64,000 bases of DNA from Eledone cirrhosa (lineage: Eukaryota): the NCBI GenBank assembly GCA_964016885.1, contig OZ024743.1:86552001-86616000 (forward strand). The letters run 5' to 3'. The position numbers were made by a program, and so were the translations under genes. Positions 24,915-39,139 of this stretch are shown one piece after another (within the stretch, counting starts at the first letter, position 1; the number at the start of each line of letters is the position of its first letter). Below the pieces are notes generated by a model. That model worked only from the letters and a program-made list of their open reading frames with translations, was not told the origin of the DNA and did no database searches.

Positions 24915-25095
24915 GGGTCAGTGTTTTGGGTGCAGACAATGGCCAGTGTACCCACTGCAACAACCACCGCACCCTGCAGGGCTGCTTACGTTCCTATTTT
25001 ACAGAGGAGCTCGGCAGTACGGGACACGAGAACACCTGAGGTCTCAATGGCGACCTATCTAACTTGCTTCTCTTGTCTCATTGGATTCTTTATCT
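24915..25095 (-). mobile_element. Degenerate restriction-like endonuclease (REL) fragment of a CRE/NeSL-type non-LTR element
   Basis: The minus strand gives KRSK... then VAIETSGVLVSRTAELLCKIG...VAVG, resembling K..KY...P.A.ET.G..G..A..L...G...S.AVQRGN. Repeated in copies 2 and 3. Confidence 0.45.
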
Positions 25096-25103
25096 TCCCA
25101 GTG

Positions 25104-25277
25104 AGGTTACATGCCTAACTGACATGTGGACATTTCATGGTTGACTGACTGTCACTTCTCACCTGACTAGTGAATGTAATAGGTTACATGCCTCACTGAC
25201 ATGTGGACATTTCATGGTTGACTGACTGTCACTTCTCACCTGACTAGTGAATGTAATAGGTTACATGCCTCACTGAT
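25104..25277. repeat. 77-bp minisatellite (about 2.2 units here; about 5.7 units at 38217-38659 and 51587-52029)
   Basis: Unit aggttacatgcctcactgacatgtggacatttcatggttgactgactgtcacttctcacctgactagtgaatgtaat. Confidence 0.92.
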
Positions 25278-28200
25278 TTTACTCGTTGATAATTTTAATG
25301 GTCAGTACTACATAAATCATATATTTGCCCATTGATAAATTTACTGGTTAATACGACATCATGTGTGCCCATAAATAATTTTGATGGTCCATACTACAGC
25401 AATCAAAGGTTTGCCCATTTAATGGTCAGTACTACAACAAATAGGTTTGCCCATAGACAGTTTTCATGGTCAGTACAGCACTAATAGTAGGTTTAGCCGT
25501 TGACAGTTTTTATAGTCTACTACATTAATCATAGTTTTGCCCATTCACAATTTTGACAGTCAGCATTACAACAATCATAGATTTACCCATTGGTCAGTTA
25601 TCAATCACAGGCTTGCCTATTGACCTTTTTATAGGTTTGCCCATATCCAATTTAGTTGGTCAGTTCGGCTCATAAGTTTTCCCATTATAGCCCAATCATA
25701 GTTTAGCCAATTAACTATTTTATTGTTCTGTACTATACCAAACAAGAGGACCCATTGATATATATATATATAGAGAGAGAAAGTGAGTTAGTTCCACAAC
25801 AAATTCGCAAACCATATTCGAGGACGCATGTTTCACCGGAGAGATTTTCAACCTGTGTATGGCTGCAGTGAGAACGGGAGTATAGTGAAATTGTGTTATA
25901 ACGAAATTCATGGGTATAAACAAATTTGTTGTAATGTAAAATTCTTTATAATGAGATCAACTGAAACAAGGTGTTTTTTACCTCGAGGATTGAAAAAATT
26001 TTGTTAATGGAATTTTACCTATATATATATATATATATACCCAAAAGTTATGGAATAGTTTGGAAACCTGAAATGATCAAAGTACTGGTACTAGTACTAT
26101 ATTTTGTGTTAAACCTTTGGAAGTTTTATTAACCTATTTATATTTTTACTTCTATTCCAAAATTCTTGTACTGGTTTCAGTCATTAGACTGTAGCCATGT
26201 TGGGGCACAGTCTGTGAGAGCTTTTAGTCAATCACATCAACCCCAGTACTTGCTACCATCTGCTACTTATTTTATCAATATCTGTTTATAGATTTGTTAA
26301 AAGCCAGCCCTGGTCAAAACCATGACCAGTCCATCATTTGTATATCTAAGTCCAAACTACAATGTATCCTTCCTTTTTTAAGATGGTAGAATGGAATTTG
26401 ATAGAGAGTTGGCCATCCTTTCTAGCAGATGGTGGTAAATTGGCATTTATTAGAACTTTAATATTTATTCCAGCTCTCTTCACTCCAAGGTCAACACTGC
26501 TTCTCATCCTTTTGGGATTGATAAATAAAGTATCAATCCTGGGGAAATAGATTTGATAAAATTGTTAAGGAGCTTTGTGATATCTGATCCAGCTCTTAGC
26601 ATTCTGGGTTCAAATCGTATCTCCTGCTAAAAGTTGCGACTGCAGATGGTATCATTGTTGAAAAACTAGCTGCTTTCCTTTCCTTTTTCAGTGACTGTAG
26701 AGGCTTCCCTTATTGGCTTGAGCTTGTTTCTCTTTTCTAACTATGTGTATTTATATTATCTAAAGTATCTTCCAAGTTCAGTTAAATGTTTTACAATGTA
26801 GACTTTCTCTTTCTTTTGCAGCCAATCATAAGAATTCCAACTGAAGATTCTACCAGAAGACTGATATCCAGTGCCATATGGATAAATGGAATAAAGGAAA
26901 CTTGTTATGTAGCTCTAAGGAATAGTAACTCTGATATTAGATTAGTGCAATCTCTCAGATAGCAGATGGAGAGCTAATTAATCATTTTGTGACCATATTT
27001 CTAATGAAGAATTTTGAGAGATTTACTGAAATTATTAATTATTTCATTACTAAGATAGTAGCGTTATGATTCTTTTATAAAAAAATTGTTGGAAAATTTT
27101 AATTTAAATTAGGTGGCTTTGTTTCATAGAACCATAGCCTCTTTTATTTGAGTTGATCTCAAAAGGGTTTATGTTTTTCTAGTTTAAATCCTCCTGAGGT
27201 TGGTAAAATAAGTAATAATTAATCTAATATCAGTGTTAATCAGAGGTGAGAAATGATGCTAGATGCTGTTACAGAATCATGAGAAATTTGACAGGAGCAA
27301 GAAGCAGTTCATATATGCCAGTTAAGGGTGATTAGATGTTGGTAAGAGTAAGGTATCAGCCAAGTGGCTGCAACATTCCCAGGAAGTGCTCGATTGGCTG
27401 GATCCAGTTGACCTCTTTGACTTGCCTATGGATAAAATGGCAAATGTGTTACTGTAGAGAACAGCCAGTGATACCTGCTGCATCGATCATTCTACTACAC
27501 AGGGCTCTTTCCTTAAGCAAAATGCCCTTTTTTGGAGGTGAGGCAAACTACAACTTTAATTAGGTGGTATATATCAGCTATACTCTGTGGACAAGATGGT
27601 GAAAGTGTTGCCATAGAGAACAGCCAACAATACCTGCTGCATCTGCCATTTGACCTTAAAGGGCTCCTACCTCAGGCTAGATGCCCTCCCAATTTGGGAG
27701 TGGGGCAGACACGAAACCTTTGGTTGGATTGTAATATCTCAGCTGTGACATTCTTTTCTTGGATATAATGCCCCCCTGATTTATCTGAGGAAAACAGCAT
27801 TACAGAGACAGAAGACAAAGTTCTAATGGTATAAAAAAATTTTCAAAGTCTAATTTCAAGAATGGATTTAATATAAATAAGGTGAGTATGTAGGGCAGAA
27901 GAAAGGGTTAGGTTACTGACTGATTTAATCAGATATTGACAGCTGTGTCATGTGTCATATAATTATCATAAAACATCTATTTTTCCATACTTGCACAAGT
28001 TGGTTAGGTATGTTCAGGCACAGCCTCCTTCAACTCATCACATTCGTTTGTCATCTCTGAGGTTCCACATTTTCAGATCAGCTCTTAACACTTCCCAGAT
28101 TTTCCTTAGTCTTCCTCTTCTGGCTCTACCTTCTACTGGGAACTCTTGGTAATTCTTCTTCAGTCAATGATCATCCAAACACACCACATGTCCATACCAT

Positions 28201-28412
28201 TGCATAATTCTCTGTTGCACACATCTAATTCCCCTTATAGCCTCATTTTCCTGTCAACTCATCCATGTACACTGTTCAGATGAAATAATCAATAGCCTGG
28301 TTATGTTGATCACATGTTCTTGTGTCCCTATCAACTGTTATCTGTGCTACGAACAGAAACCCAACAATTTGTAATTTAATGTCTATATTTTCTTCTGTAA
28401 AGGACCCAGGGT

Positions 28413-28677
28413 CAGGGTTTGGATTTAAACCTTGGAGAGGCCCCTCATACACAAAACAAGAATACATAGCAAACCCCCCAATTTTACATATCAAAGTTAG
28501 CTTGACACAAGTAATTGGAATTGAAAAGTTATACATACAGGTATTAAATTAACAAATTTTAACAATCCTAAAACTAAAAGCCCAGCTGAAGGTACAAATA
28601 AATTGCTATGGCAGTTGCTGATGGGGCTCCCCACTACAGGGAGCCCAGGACAATTGCCCCCATTAAATCCGGCCTTG
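28413..28677. mobile_element. hAT-like MITE (also at 41768-42033 and 55137-55401)
   Basis: Imperfect TIRs cagggtttggatttaa / ttaaatccggccttg. The flanks cccagggt and cccagagg match at 6 of 8 positions, suggesting an 8-bp TSD. Confidence 0.6.
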
Positions 28678-29669
28678 CCCAGAGGGTGGAATTATTCAGG
28701 GTTTCATAATAGTTGATAGCTTCTCTTAGCTAAGTGACATAATTAGCAGTAGTATAGGTTGCTGTGAAAGCATAATAGCCAGAATAAGAATGAGGAGGGG
28801 TTTGGAAAAAAATTGAGAGAGCTACAACTTCTGTTGAAAGATTTTCTCTCTGGTGGTAGTGGTAATGGTGATGGTAGTGTTGTTGGTATAAGTGAGCAGT
28901 TAAAGAATTCACTGAAATAAATAAACATAGGTGCAGTCATTGCTATGTGATTAAGGATTTCACTTAAAATTCTCAATTTTGGGTTCAGTCCCGTTTTGGC
29001 ATCTTGGGCAAGTTTTTTTTTAATTACAGTTTTAGGTTGTGGGTGAAATATAGTAGACTGGAACTGCGTTTAAGACTGTCACACATATTTACCAGGATGA
29101 CAGGAAAACTATTTTCTATAGTCTAGCTGCTCTCAAATTACTCTCAACAAGGGCTGGTGTGAACACATATGTAAGGTGACCATACTAGGAGTCCTGACAA
29201 AATGTATATTTGTAATGGAGCTGATGCACTTAGAGATGTCCTGGCCAAATTAGGTTTATGCAGCGTGCAATCTGTTAGCTACAATGGCAGGATAAGTGTA
29301 GTTATGCCTGCCAAGTTAATATATATATGTGTGTGTGGTGTATATATATATAGTTGTGTGTGTGTGGTGTATTATAAAACTGGTGGATTGGTATGAAAAG
29401 GGTTAAAGAATTTTAGGGGATTTATTAAAATTATTTCATTACTAAGATTGTAACTTAGCATATGGTTTTTATATAAAATTATGTTGGAAGATCTTACTTT
29501 AAACAGTACCCCTTTAGAACGGGTCTTGTTTCATTGAACCATAGCCTCTTTTAGGTGATTGGTATTAAAAGGGTTAATGTTTCTTTTAGCTTAAATCCTG
29601 CTGAGGTTGATAAAATAAGTAACAATTAATCTAATATCAGTGTTAAGTGCAGATATGCCTGCCAAATTA

Positions 29670-29736
<67 letters not shown>

Positions 29737-32610
29737 GTGTGTGTGTGTGGTCTATATATATATACATACACGTGTGTGTGGTCTATATATATATATATGT
29801 GTGTGTGTGTATTATAAAGCTGGTGGATTAGTATCAAAAGGGTTAAAAAGTTACAGGCATATATACATAAATAAATATACAGACACATCAAATAAGATTG
29901 TGGTTGATGTTTGCGATAACAACGTAAGTTAAGGGAGCTCTTTCTATTGGTGTACTTATTTCTAGGATATTACTGAGTTGCTGTAATCTAATCAGTTATA
30001 GGTTAACGAGGAGAGTGTGTGTGAGGGATTAGGTGAGTGAGAGTGAGAGAGGAGCAAGGGGAAAGTGTGGGTGAAAGAGAGGGTCAAGGAGAATGTGTAC
30101 AAGAAGAGGCATATGGAGTGTGTATGTATATATATGTGTAGATGTATGTATATATATATTTATATCTGTGTGGTGGTTGTGAGAGTGTATATATATATAC
30201 ATATATATATATGTGTATATGTGGGGTATATATAAATATATATGTGTCTGTGTGGTAGTTGACCAAATTTCTGAAGAGGACACAAAGTTCAAGCTATCAG
30301 TAGAGAGAAAAGTTCAAAAGAGATTAATGTTAGGTGAAACAGAACATATTGATAGTTGTTAATACTTGAACTGATTACTAAGGTGATGGTTAATCAATAG
30401 ATCAGTAAAGGGTGGCTAATCAATAATTATTTGGGGTGGTTGATCAATGGTTAATTGATCAGTGGTTAACTGATCAGTTCTAGTCCTGTAGAAACCATTT
30501 CTATATTAAACTTGATGTTTACACTCTACTACTGTATTGAGTACCTTACTAACTGTGGTTACCTCTGATTGAACCCGGGACTCACACAGACACACACACA
30601 CACACACATATATATATATGTGTGTGTGTGTGTGAGTATTTCACATCAGTTAAGCTACATGTATGTTGCATCTAATTTCATATATTTTGTATGTGTATTT
30701 TTTTGGCATTCCCTTCTTATCTAATGTCGTTGCATCACATTCATCTCTTCACTTTCAGTTTATTACAGAACGGATGTTGGAATTTGCAATGATTTCAATA
30801 TAGAAATGCATTTAAAAAATATATTAATGAAAATTATTGTGTACACTGCTCAAGTGCACTACAACTCATCAAAGGTGCATGTATAGTACATAGAATAATA
30901 TACAAATGTTAGGAAAGTGAACAGTGTATGAGTCCTGATATACACACATATACATGCATACGTGTGTATGGAGGGGGAAATATCAGGTGTAGTGTTGGCG
31001 AATTTCGGGAAGCATGGAAGTTTAAAATTAAAGAAGTATGAAATCTTGTGTCTTTTCTATCAGTCCCCCATCACAATAGCTCACTGTTTTATTTTTATTT
31101 TGCTTGTTAAATGTAAATAAACCATAAGTGACATCCAATCCAATGCAGAGCCTTCTCACTTCTGTTAGAGGGACCCCTTTCTGGTGGCCTTCCACCACTT
31201 CTGTTTGGTTTTAGTTGTCAGGTGTGTAGCCATACTCACCACACTTGGTTTTGTCTCTTCACAATTTTTTTAATAATACATATTTTACTGAAAATAATTT
31301 TCAGAGAGGTAGATTACGATTATCTTGATAGAAATAGTTTTTTGTTGCTCACAATTCCCAGTTGTTAAAAATTTAATTTTATCCTGATCAATATTATCCT
31401 TTAGCAATATAAAACTTGAAGGTATCATCATTATCATCATTGATTTTGCATGCGTTTTTCCATGCTTGCATGGGTTGGATGGATTTTTCTCAGCACAGCA
31501 TCTCTCCACTTGTCATGTTCCTTTGTCATCTCCTCTGTGGGTCTTAGCGATTTAAGATTGACTCTCACAACCTCTGCCTATGTCTTTCTTGGTCTGCATC
31601 TACTGTAGCTTCCTTCCACTGAGATATCCTCGCATTTCTTCACCCAGCGGTCACGATGAACAAATTTTCAAGCTTACATTTAGCCATTTTTCATATAAAT
31701 TTTTTCAGCATAGTTATGATCTATACCTTCATATGCAGTATTAAGAAAGTTATAAGGAAACAAATTCAGAGTGGTGGGGGCTTATATTGTAGTTATGTTT
31801 TATAGGTTCTGTAAGGTAACCAATACATTTAAAATCACTTGCAGAAATTGTCTTCTGTTTCAATTAAATGCAAGACAGGAATTTTGAAAATGGGTCAGAT
31901 GAGTTGCTAACACACAAATTCCAAGGTGACTACTTTAATTTAATGTTGGTCTTTGTACAATAATCAGAGATTTGTTGAAATGTAGTTAGATTAGATTGTT
32001 ATTAAATGTTTAAAATCTATTGAATCTGAATTTTATGCATATTCATTTTATAAAATTATAGTTTTAAGCCAGATAATATTGATGAGATAGGAATTGCCAC
32101 ACATATACTGTATATATATATATATGTATATGTACATCAGTATGTTGTGTGTGTATGTCATTCTCTCTCTCTTTATATATATATATAAGAGTGGGCAAAG
32201 ACAGGAAAATAAATGAATACAGACAGTCCTATCTCATCAGTTGATTGCTAGAGATATGTTGTTTTAGTGCTTTAAGATTGATACAACTGGCACAAGGGAC
32301 AAATGGACAAAGGCCCCAGTCTACTCTGTAAAGTGGTCATTTTGGTGCCATGATAGAAAGTGTCCAGCCCACACTGTAAAGTCGTTGTGTAGGTGTCACA
32401 ACAAAAATCAGCCAGTACACACTGTCAATGTGGTTGGCATTGGGAAGGGCATCCAGCCATAGAAACTAAGCTAGAAACAGTTCTGTATAAGCAAGACATT
32501 TTCACTTGATCTGACTTGTTTCAAATGGAACGACTTGTCTAACCTGTGCTAGCATGGAAAATAGACATTAAATGATTATGAAGATGATGATGATGATATA
32601 TACATGTGTG

Positions 32611-32693
<83 letters not shown>

Positions 32694-32951
32694 GTATACG
32701 TGGTGAATTGGCGGAGTTGTTAGAATGTTAGATATTTGCAGCTTTCTGAGTTCAAATCCTGCCAAAATCAACTTTGCCTTTCATCCTTTCAAGGTTGATA
32801 AAAAAAAGTACCAGTCTTGTACTGGGGGAGTCTCCCTCTATATCACTTTCTTATTCTCTCTTTCCTCTCTGGAAGAAATTGGCTGTGTTCAGGTAGATGG
32901 ACTCTGCTAGGTTCAAAATGCTCAAGATATGCCATATGTCATGACCATGTC

Positions 32952-35900
32952 AGTGGTTTGTCAAAAAGTGATGGATAAAGTATCAGACTTGAAGAAAACA
33001 TATAGAGGTCAATAGGAACATCTTTGAGGCAACGCCCCAGTATGGTCACAGCCTAATGATTGAAGTCAGTTAAAGAATATGTATGGATTTAGTGTGCTCA
33101 ACAATTAATTATCTGGAGGCTATCAATATGTGAAGACATGGACCCTTCCTAAAAACTAACCTTAACTTTGTAAACACTGTTCCTTCTCTCATACCTGATC
33201 GCAAGTATAAAACAAATCTTGCTGGTTCCCAAGGACAGAATTTATCTATCTAAATTATCTTACAGGCGATCTGTTGATTTTGAGAATGTAAGCAAATTAC
33301 TTGTCTTTCTATTATCTGTAGTCTTCCCAATGAGCAGTGTTTTAAACTCCTAGTTATGCCAGTCTAAAATTCAAATTACCTGTTTGTTTCTCTCGGATTT
33401 TCAATTAATATTTTACATGTTTTTAATAATTTGTCTCATTCTGTTGGACCCTTCCTAAAAACTAACTTGCTTCTAAAGTTACCCATTTCCCGCCCTCCCA
33501 CCCCCACACACCACCATTGGTATACGGTCCAATCATAACTCAGCGGCTTTAGTAAGTTCCCTAACAAATCAGTATAGCAAAGCTACCGCCCCGGTTACTA
33601 CTCCTTAAGTTTAGACCTGTTTGATGGGTTGACTGCGGAGATTTGGAAAGTCTAAGCACTCAATGACAATGTCACAGATAAAGATAAATTCATTACCCGC
33701 TGCAGGACGAGAATGCAAAGACCCCTCTCTATTTCTGACACGAATGACCAACATAATTCCGTCTCCTATACCCCTCTCTGCCCCTCCAACCCATCCATCC
33801 CACCCTCCCAACTTCAGAGTTGGTACCATAAATGTAGGCACATTGAAACGTCGCTCAAATGAGGTTGTAGAGATGCGTAAAGAAGTTGATGTTTGTTGTA
33901 TTCAAGAGACTAGGTGGAGAGGGGGTCTGCCAGATTCATCGTGGGTAAAAAACGATGCTATAAACTTTTCTGGGTGGGAAATGACAACGGACAGGGTGGT
34001 GTAGGAATTATGTTAGCAGAAAAATGGGTAGATAAGGTAATTGACGTAAATAGAGTAAATGACAGAATAATTAAAATAAGGCTAGTTCTAAATAGAACTA
34101 CTGTGACAATAACATCCGCTTATGCACCCAATCTGGTCTCCCTGACGTTATAAAGGACAGGTCTATGAGACGCTAATGCACACTAACTCCCAAATAACTG
34201 ACAGCGACTACTTAATTATTGCTGGCGATCTAAACGGCCACGTTGGACAACATAGTGATGGCTATAATGGAATCCATGGAGGCTATGGGGTTGGAAATAG
34301 AAATGAGGGCTTTAGAATCCTGGAATTCTGTGACGCCAATAACCTAACTATCTGTAACACAAACTTCAAAAAACGTGAAAACCACTTGATCACCTATAGA
34401 TCAGGGGAACACGCCAGCCAGATAGATTATATCCTTACTAGAAGACAGGACAAAGTGTCTGTTGTAAACACTAAATCCCTCCCCCGTGAAGAATGCACTT
34501 CCCAACATAGCCTAGTAGTTAGTGACCTCATAGTCAGTAATAGATGTACTCGACGACAGAGGAAGCTTATCTTGAGGAGAAGAATATGGAAGTTGAAGGA
34601 CCCCATAGCCAGTGACAAATTTAAAAGCTTATTACTAGATGCCTTTGACAATAAGGAAGAGCAATTAGAGACGTGCGATATAGAGGAACAGTGGCAATTA
34701 TTGAAAGTGAACCTGCTAAAAGCAATGGATGAAATCTGTGGCTGGAGCAGACCTATTGGCAGGAGGAGAGTAACTTGGTGGTGGAACAGTAAGGTAGAAG
34801 AGACAATCAAGGCCAAAAAGCAGGCTAGGAAAGTATGGCAGGATGGGGGAAGTAGAGAGTACTATGTGGCCAAAAGTAGAGAGCACTATAGTGGCCAGGA
34901 GAGAAGCTAGGAGACAAGTGTACCTTGCAAAAAGGGTAGCAGAGGAAAGAAAGTTCAATCATGTTCTACAACGTGAGGTGTTCAGGATTGCTAGACAATG
35001 TGTCAAGAAAAACCGTGATATTGTCGGGGAGAAGTGTGTCTGTAATGATAACGGTGTACTTGCCCTCACTGATGCTGATAAGAAGATAGCCTGGAAGTGT
35101 CACTTCCCATGGGAACTCCTATACGCAGATGATCTAACGCTCATAGCTGAATCAATGGCTGTACTAGAGAAGAAATTCCAAATATGGAAGAATGGCCTAG
35201 AATCAAAAGGCCTTAAAGTTAACTTGTCCTAGTTTGTAGAAAGGAAAATAAGGCACAGGTACCCTCAGGGAAATGGCCATGCTCAGTGTGTAGGAAAGGA
35301 GTAGGTAGAAATTCAATTTTATGTCCCAAATGCAAAGAATGGGTACATAAAAGATGTAGTGAGATCACAGGTAAACTATCTAAGAACGTAGACTTTATAT
35401 GTGGCCGATGCTCAGGTGCAATAGGTAGCAGGTGTCCACAGGATACTAGCTCCTTCTATTGCCCAGATGGTTCTATAGAAATAGTAGACACTTTCCGTTA
35501 CCTGGGTGACAAAATCAGCAGTGGTGGTGGGTGTTCTGAAAGTACAGTAGCCAGAGGCAGAACGGGATGGAAAAAGTTCAGAGAGCTTACACCGCTGTTG
35601 GCCACAAAAGGTTTCTCTCTAAAAATGAAAGGTAGATTGTATGATACTTATATACGAACAACATTGCTACATGGCAGTGAGACATGGGCATTACGTGCAG
35701 AGGACCTGCGCAGACTGGAAAAGAATGAAGCATGCATGCTCCGTTGGATGTGTAATAGTAATATACGTGAACGGCAAAGCATAAATGAACTAAGTGAGAA
35801 ATTAGGAATAAGAGGGATCAGATGCTTTTTACTTGAGAGAAGACCACGTTGGTATGGCCACGTGATGCGCATGAAAGACGACAGCTGTATAAAAAAGTGC

Positions 35901-38900
35901 AGAGCGATCAAAATTGATGGTAGTTACGGAGTAGGTAGACCCAGAAAAACCTTGGACGATCTGATAAATTCCGACCATACAAACTTACACCTCTCTAAGA
36001 CAATGTCACTGGACCGAGATCTTTGGCGCTACGCAGTAATACAGAAGACCCGCCTTGCCTATGTACAAAGCGAAACCTACAGTCAGTAGGCACCTCTTAA
36101 CCAAATATACACCCCAATCCACTACTACCCTATTCTCCCACTCCCACCAGCACCACCCTCTCTCTGTAAAGTTGGTAACACAACATCCAGTCCAAATAAA
36201 TGAGATCGAGATCGTGTAGGTGTCACGAGAAAAAAACACAGTCCACGCTGTAATGTGACCATGTAGGTAACATGGTAAAAAATTCCCAGTTCCACACTGT
36301 AAATGTGGTTGGTGTTAGGAAGGGCAACCAGCTGTAGAAAACCTGCCAAATAGTCCTATATGAGAGAGACATGGTCACCCAACCAACCTTACCTCAAGTG
36401 GGACAACTCCCATCTAACCCAAGATAGCGTGGAAAATGGACGTTAAACGAAGATGATGATGATGCTGATTGTGTGATTTTTAGGCTCTGGAACATGGCAA
36501 TTCTGTATATCCAAGCTCTCTTGTAGTCCCTGGTAGAGTGAACCTGTGAATTTATTACCATAATCATTTGGATTGCATTCTTTTTCTGTATCTATTCATC
36601 TTGGTTATTTAGGGCTCAACACTTTCATTACCATATTTTTAATGGAAGACACTACTTCTGGTTTTCTAGTTATTTTGAAAATAATCAAGAATTTGGAGAT
36701 ATATAATTTTCTCATTATTGAAAGATGATGCAAATTTCTTACATAAAATTATGATTGTAGGTTTTTAGATAAGTATAAATAATTTAACCCTTTTGAATCT
36801 ATAAGAATTTGAAGGGAGTTAGTAATATTACTTTTTCATTATTAAGCTGGTGTTTGGAATATAACAGATTCTTACATTCAAATTATCCATAAATATAAAC
36901 ACCTTAGTATTGGAGAGTCAGGACAGATTTCAAGAAGTTTGGTATGAAAAGGGGGTCCATTTAGCTGCTAAATGGGTTAGGTGTGTAAAACATGGTAGGG
37001 AGATGTCTATTGTTGCAATGAGCACATCAAGTGACAGCATACAAGACAATTTCACAAGCTGATACTAGTCTCATTTTAACCCTTTTCATACTAACCCATC
37101 TGAAACCACCCAGGTTTTATACAAAACTGTCCATTTTAAACTGTCTATACTTATAATAAAACCTTTCATTAAGTTTTTGTTAAATAATGTTTCAAATATT
37201 AGTTTACCAATGAAAAAAATATTTCACTAAATCCTCAAAATCTTTATTTCAACTTAATTGAAACACATTTGCAGTATACTTCATGAGAAGTTCGGTAATA
37301 ATAGGGTTGACGAAGGTCTTGATCTGGAAGATGTCTTCAGTGATTTGTTTTAAACAATTTGATGATATTGATCTAACTTATCTGTGTTTCATTATCCTAG
37401 ATCAGTGGTTCTCAACCTTTTTTTTTACCTATAGATCTCTTTGATTCCTATTTTACCCTGGTGGATCCCCCTATTCCTGTCTAAGTCCCATGGGAAAATA
37501 AACTTATAATTGTGCGTGACTTCACCACCACCACTGATTATGGAATTTTTTTACCAATTGCTTTGGTTAGCCGTTTTATAATGTGTACTTTCTCTAAGGC
37601 CTAAGATATTTTCTTTGAAAGCAAAATTTTTTCATGGACCCTTAATATGGAATGTGTCTTCGTTAAAGAATTGCTTTTATGGATATGGGCTGCCCTGTCA
37701 GTAGCTTTTTTTGAGAATATTTTCTTCTGGAAACTACAAAGAGCTGCCATTCCAGTAACCTTGGTGTCCAATTAGTTTGGTCTTATGTTATGAATATTTT
37801 ATGTCAACTATATTTTACAGACATGTTATACAATGATGGTAATAATAAGAAAAAAAGATAAAAACAAAATTAACAAATGTAAAAAGGGGGAAGGGGTAAA
37901 GAAGGGCAAATCTAGCTGAATGGAAAGGACTATAAATGCCATAAATGAGAAGAAAAGGAGGGAAAGAGCAAGGACTATTAGGCCACAGAAGAAATATAGG
38001 GGAGAGGTGACAGACTACACTTAGGTCGGGTCAGTGTTTTGGGTGCAGACAATGGCCAGTGTACCCACTGCAACAACCACCGCACCCTGCAGGGCTGCTT
38101 ACGTTCCTATTTTACAGAGGAGCTCGGCAGTACGGGACACGAGAGCACCTGAGGTCTCAATGGCGACCTATCTAACTTGCTTCTCTTGTCTCATTGGATT
38201 CTTTATCTTCCCAGTGAGGTTACATGCCTAACTGACATGTGGACATTTCATGGTTGACTGACTGTCACTTCTCACCTGACTAGTGAATGTAATAGGTTAC
38301 ATGCCTCACTGACATGTGGACACTTCATGGTTGTCTGACTGTCACTTCTCACCTGACTAGTGAATGTAATAGGTTACATGCCTCACTGACATGTGGACAT
38401 TTCATGGTTGACTGACTGTCACTTCTCACCTGACTAGTGAATGTAATAGGTTACATGCCTCACTGACATGTGGACATTTCATGGTTGACTGACTGTCACT
38501 TCTCACCTGACTAGTGAATGTAATAGGTTACATGCCTCACTGACATGTGGACATTTCATGGTTGACTGACTGTCACTTCTCACCTGACTAGTGAATGTAA
38601 TAGGTTACATGCCTCACTGACATGTGGACACTTCATGGTTGACTGACTGTCACTTCTCAAATCATATATTTGCCCATTGATAAATTTACTGGTTAATACG
38701 ACATCATGTGTGCCCATAAATATTTTTGATGGTCCATACTACAGCAATCAAAGGTTTGCCCATTTAATGGTCAGTACTACAACAAATAGGTTTGCCCATA
38801 GACAGTTTTCATGGTCAGTACAGCACTAATAGTAGGTTTAGCCGTTGACAGTTTTTATAGTCTACTACATTAATCATAGTTTTGCCCATTCACAGTTTTG

Positions 38901-39104
38901 ACAGTCAGCATCACAACAATCATAGATTTACCCATTGGTCAGTTATCAATCACAGGCTTGCCTATTGACCTTTTTATAGATTTGCCCATTTCCAATTTAG
39001 TTGGTCAGTTCGGCTCATAAGTTTTCCCATTATAGCCCAATCATAGTTTAGCCAATTAACTATTTTATTGTTCTGTACTATACCAAACATAAGAGTACCC
39101 ATTG

Positions 39105-39139
<35 letters not shown>

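Larger units (their letters stand above)
23168..32951. repeat. Tandem segmental repeat, copy 1 (9784 bp, no RTE insertion)
   Basis: Starts agtggtttgtcaaaaagtg and is collinear and highly similar to copies 2 and 3. Confidence 0.95.

Noticed and set aside
24921-29396. Short ORFs repeated three times, suggesting a gene family
   Set aside because: They recur only because of the segmental triplication, have no recognisable domains, and several overlap repeat relics.
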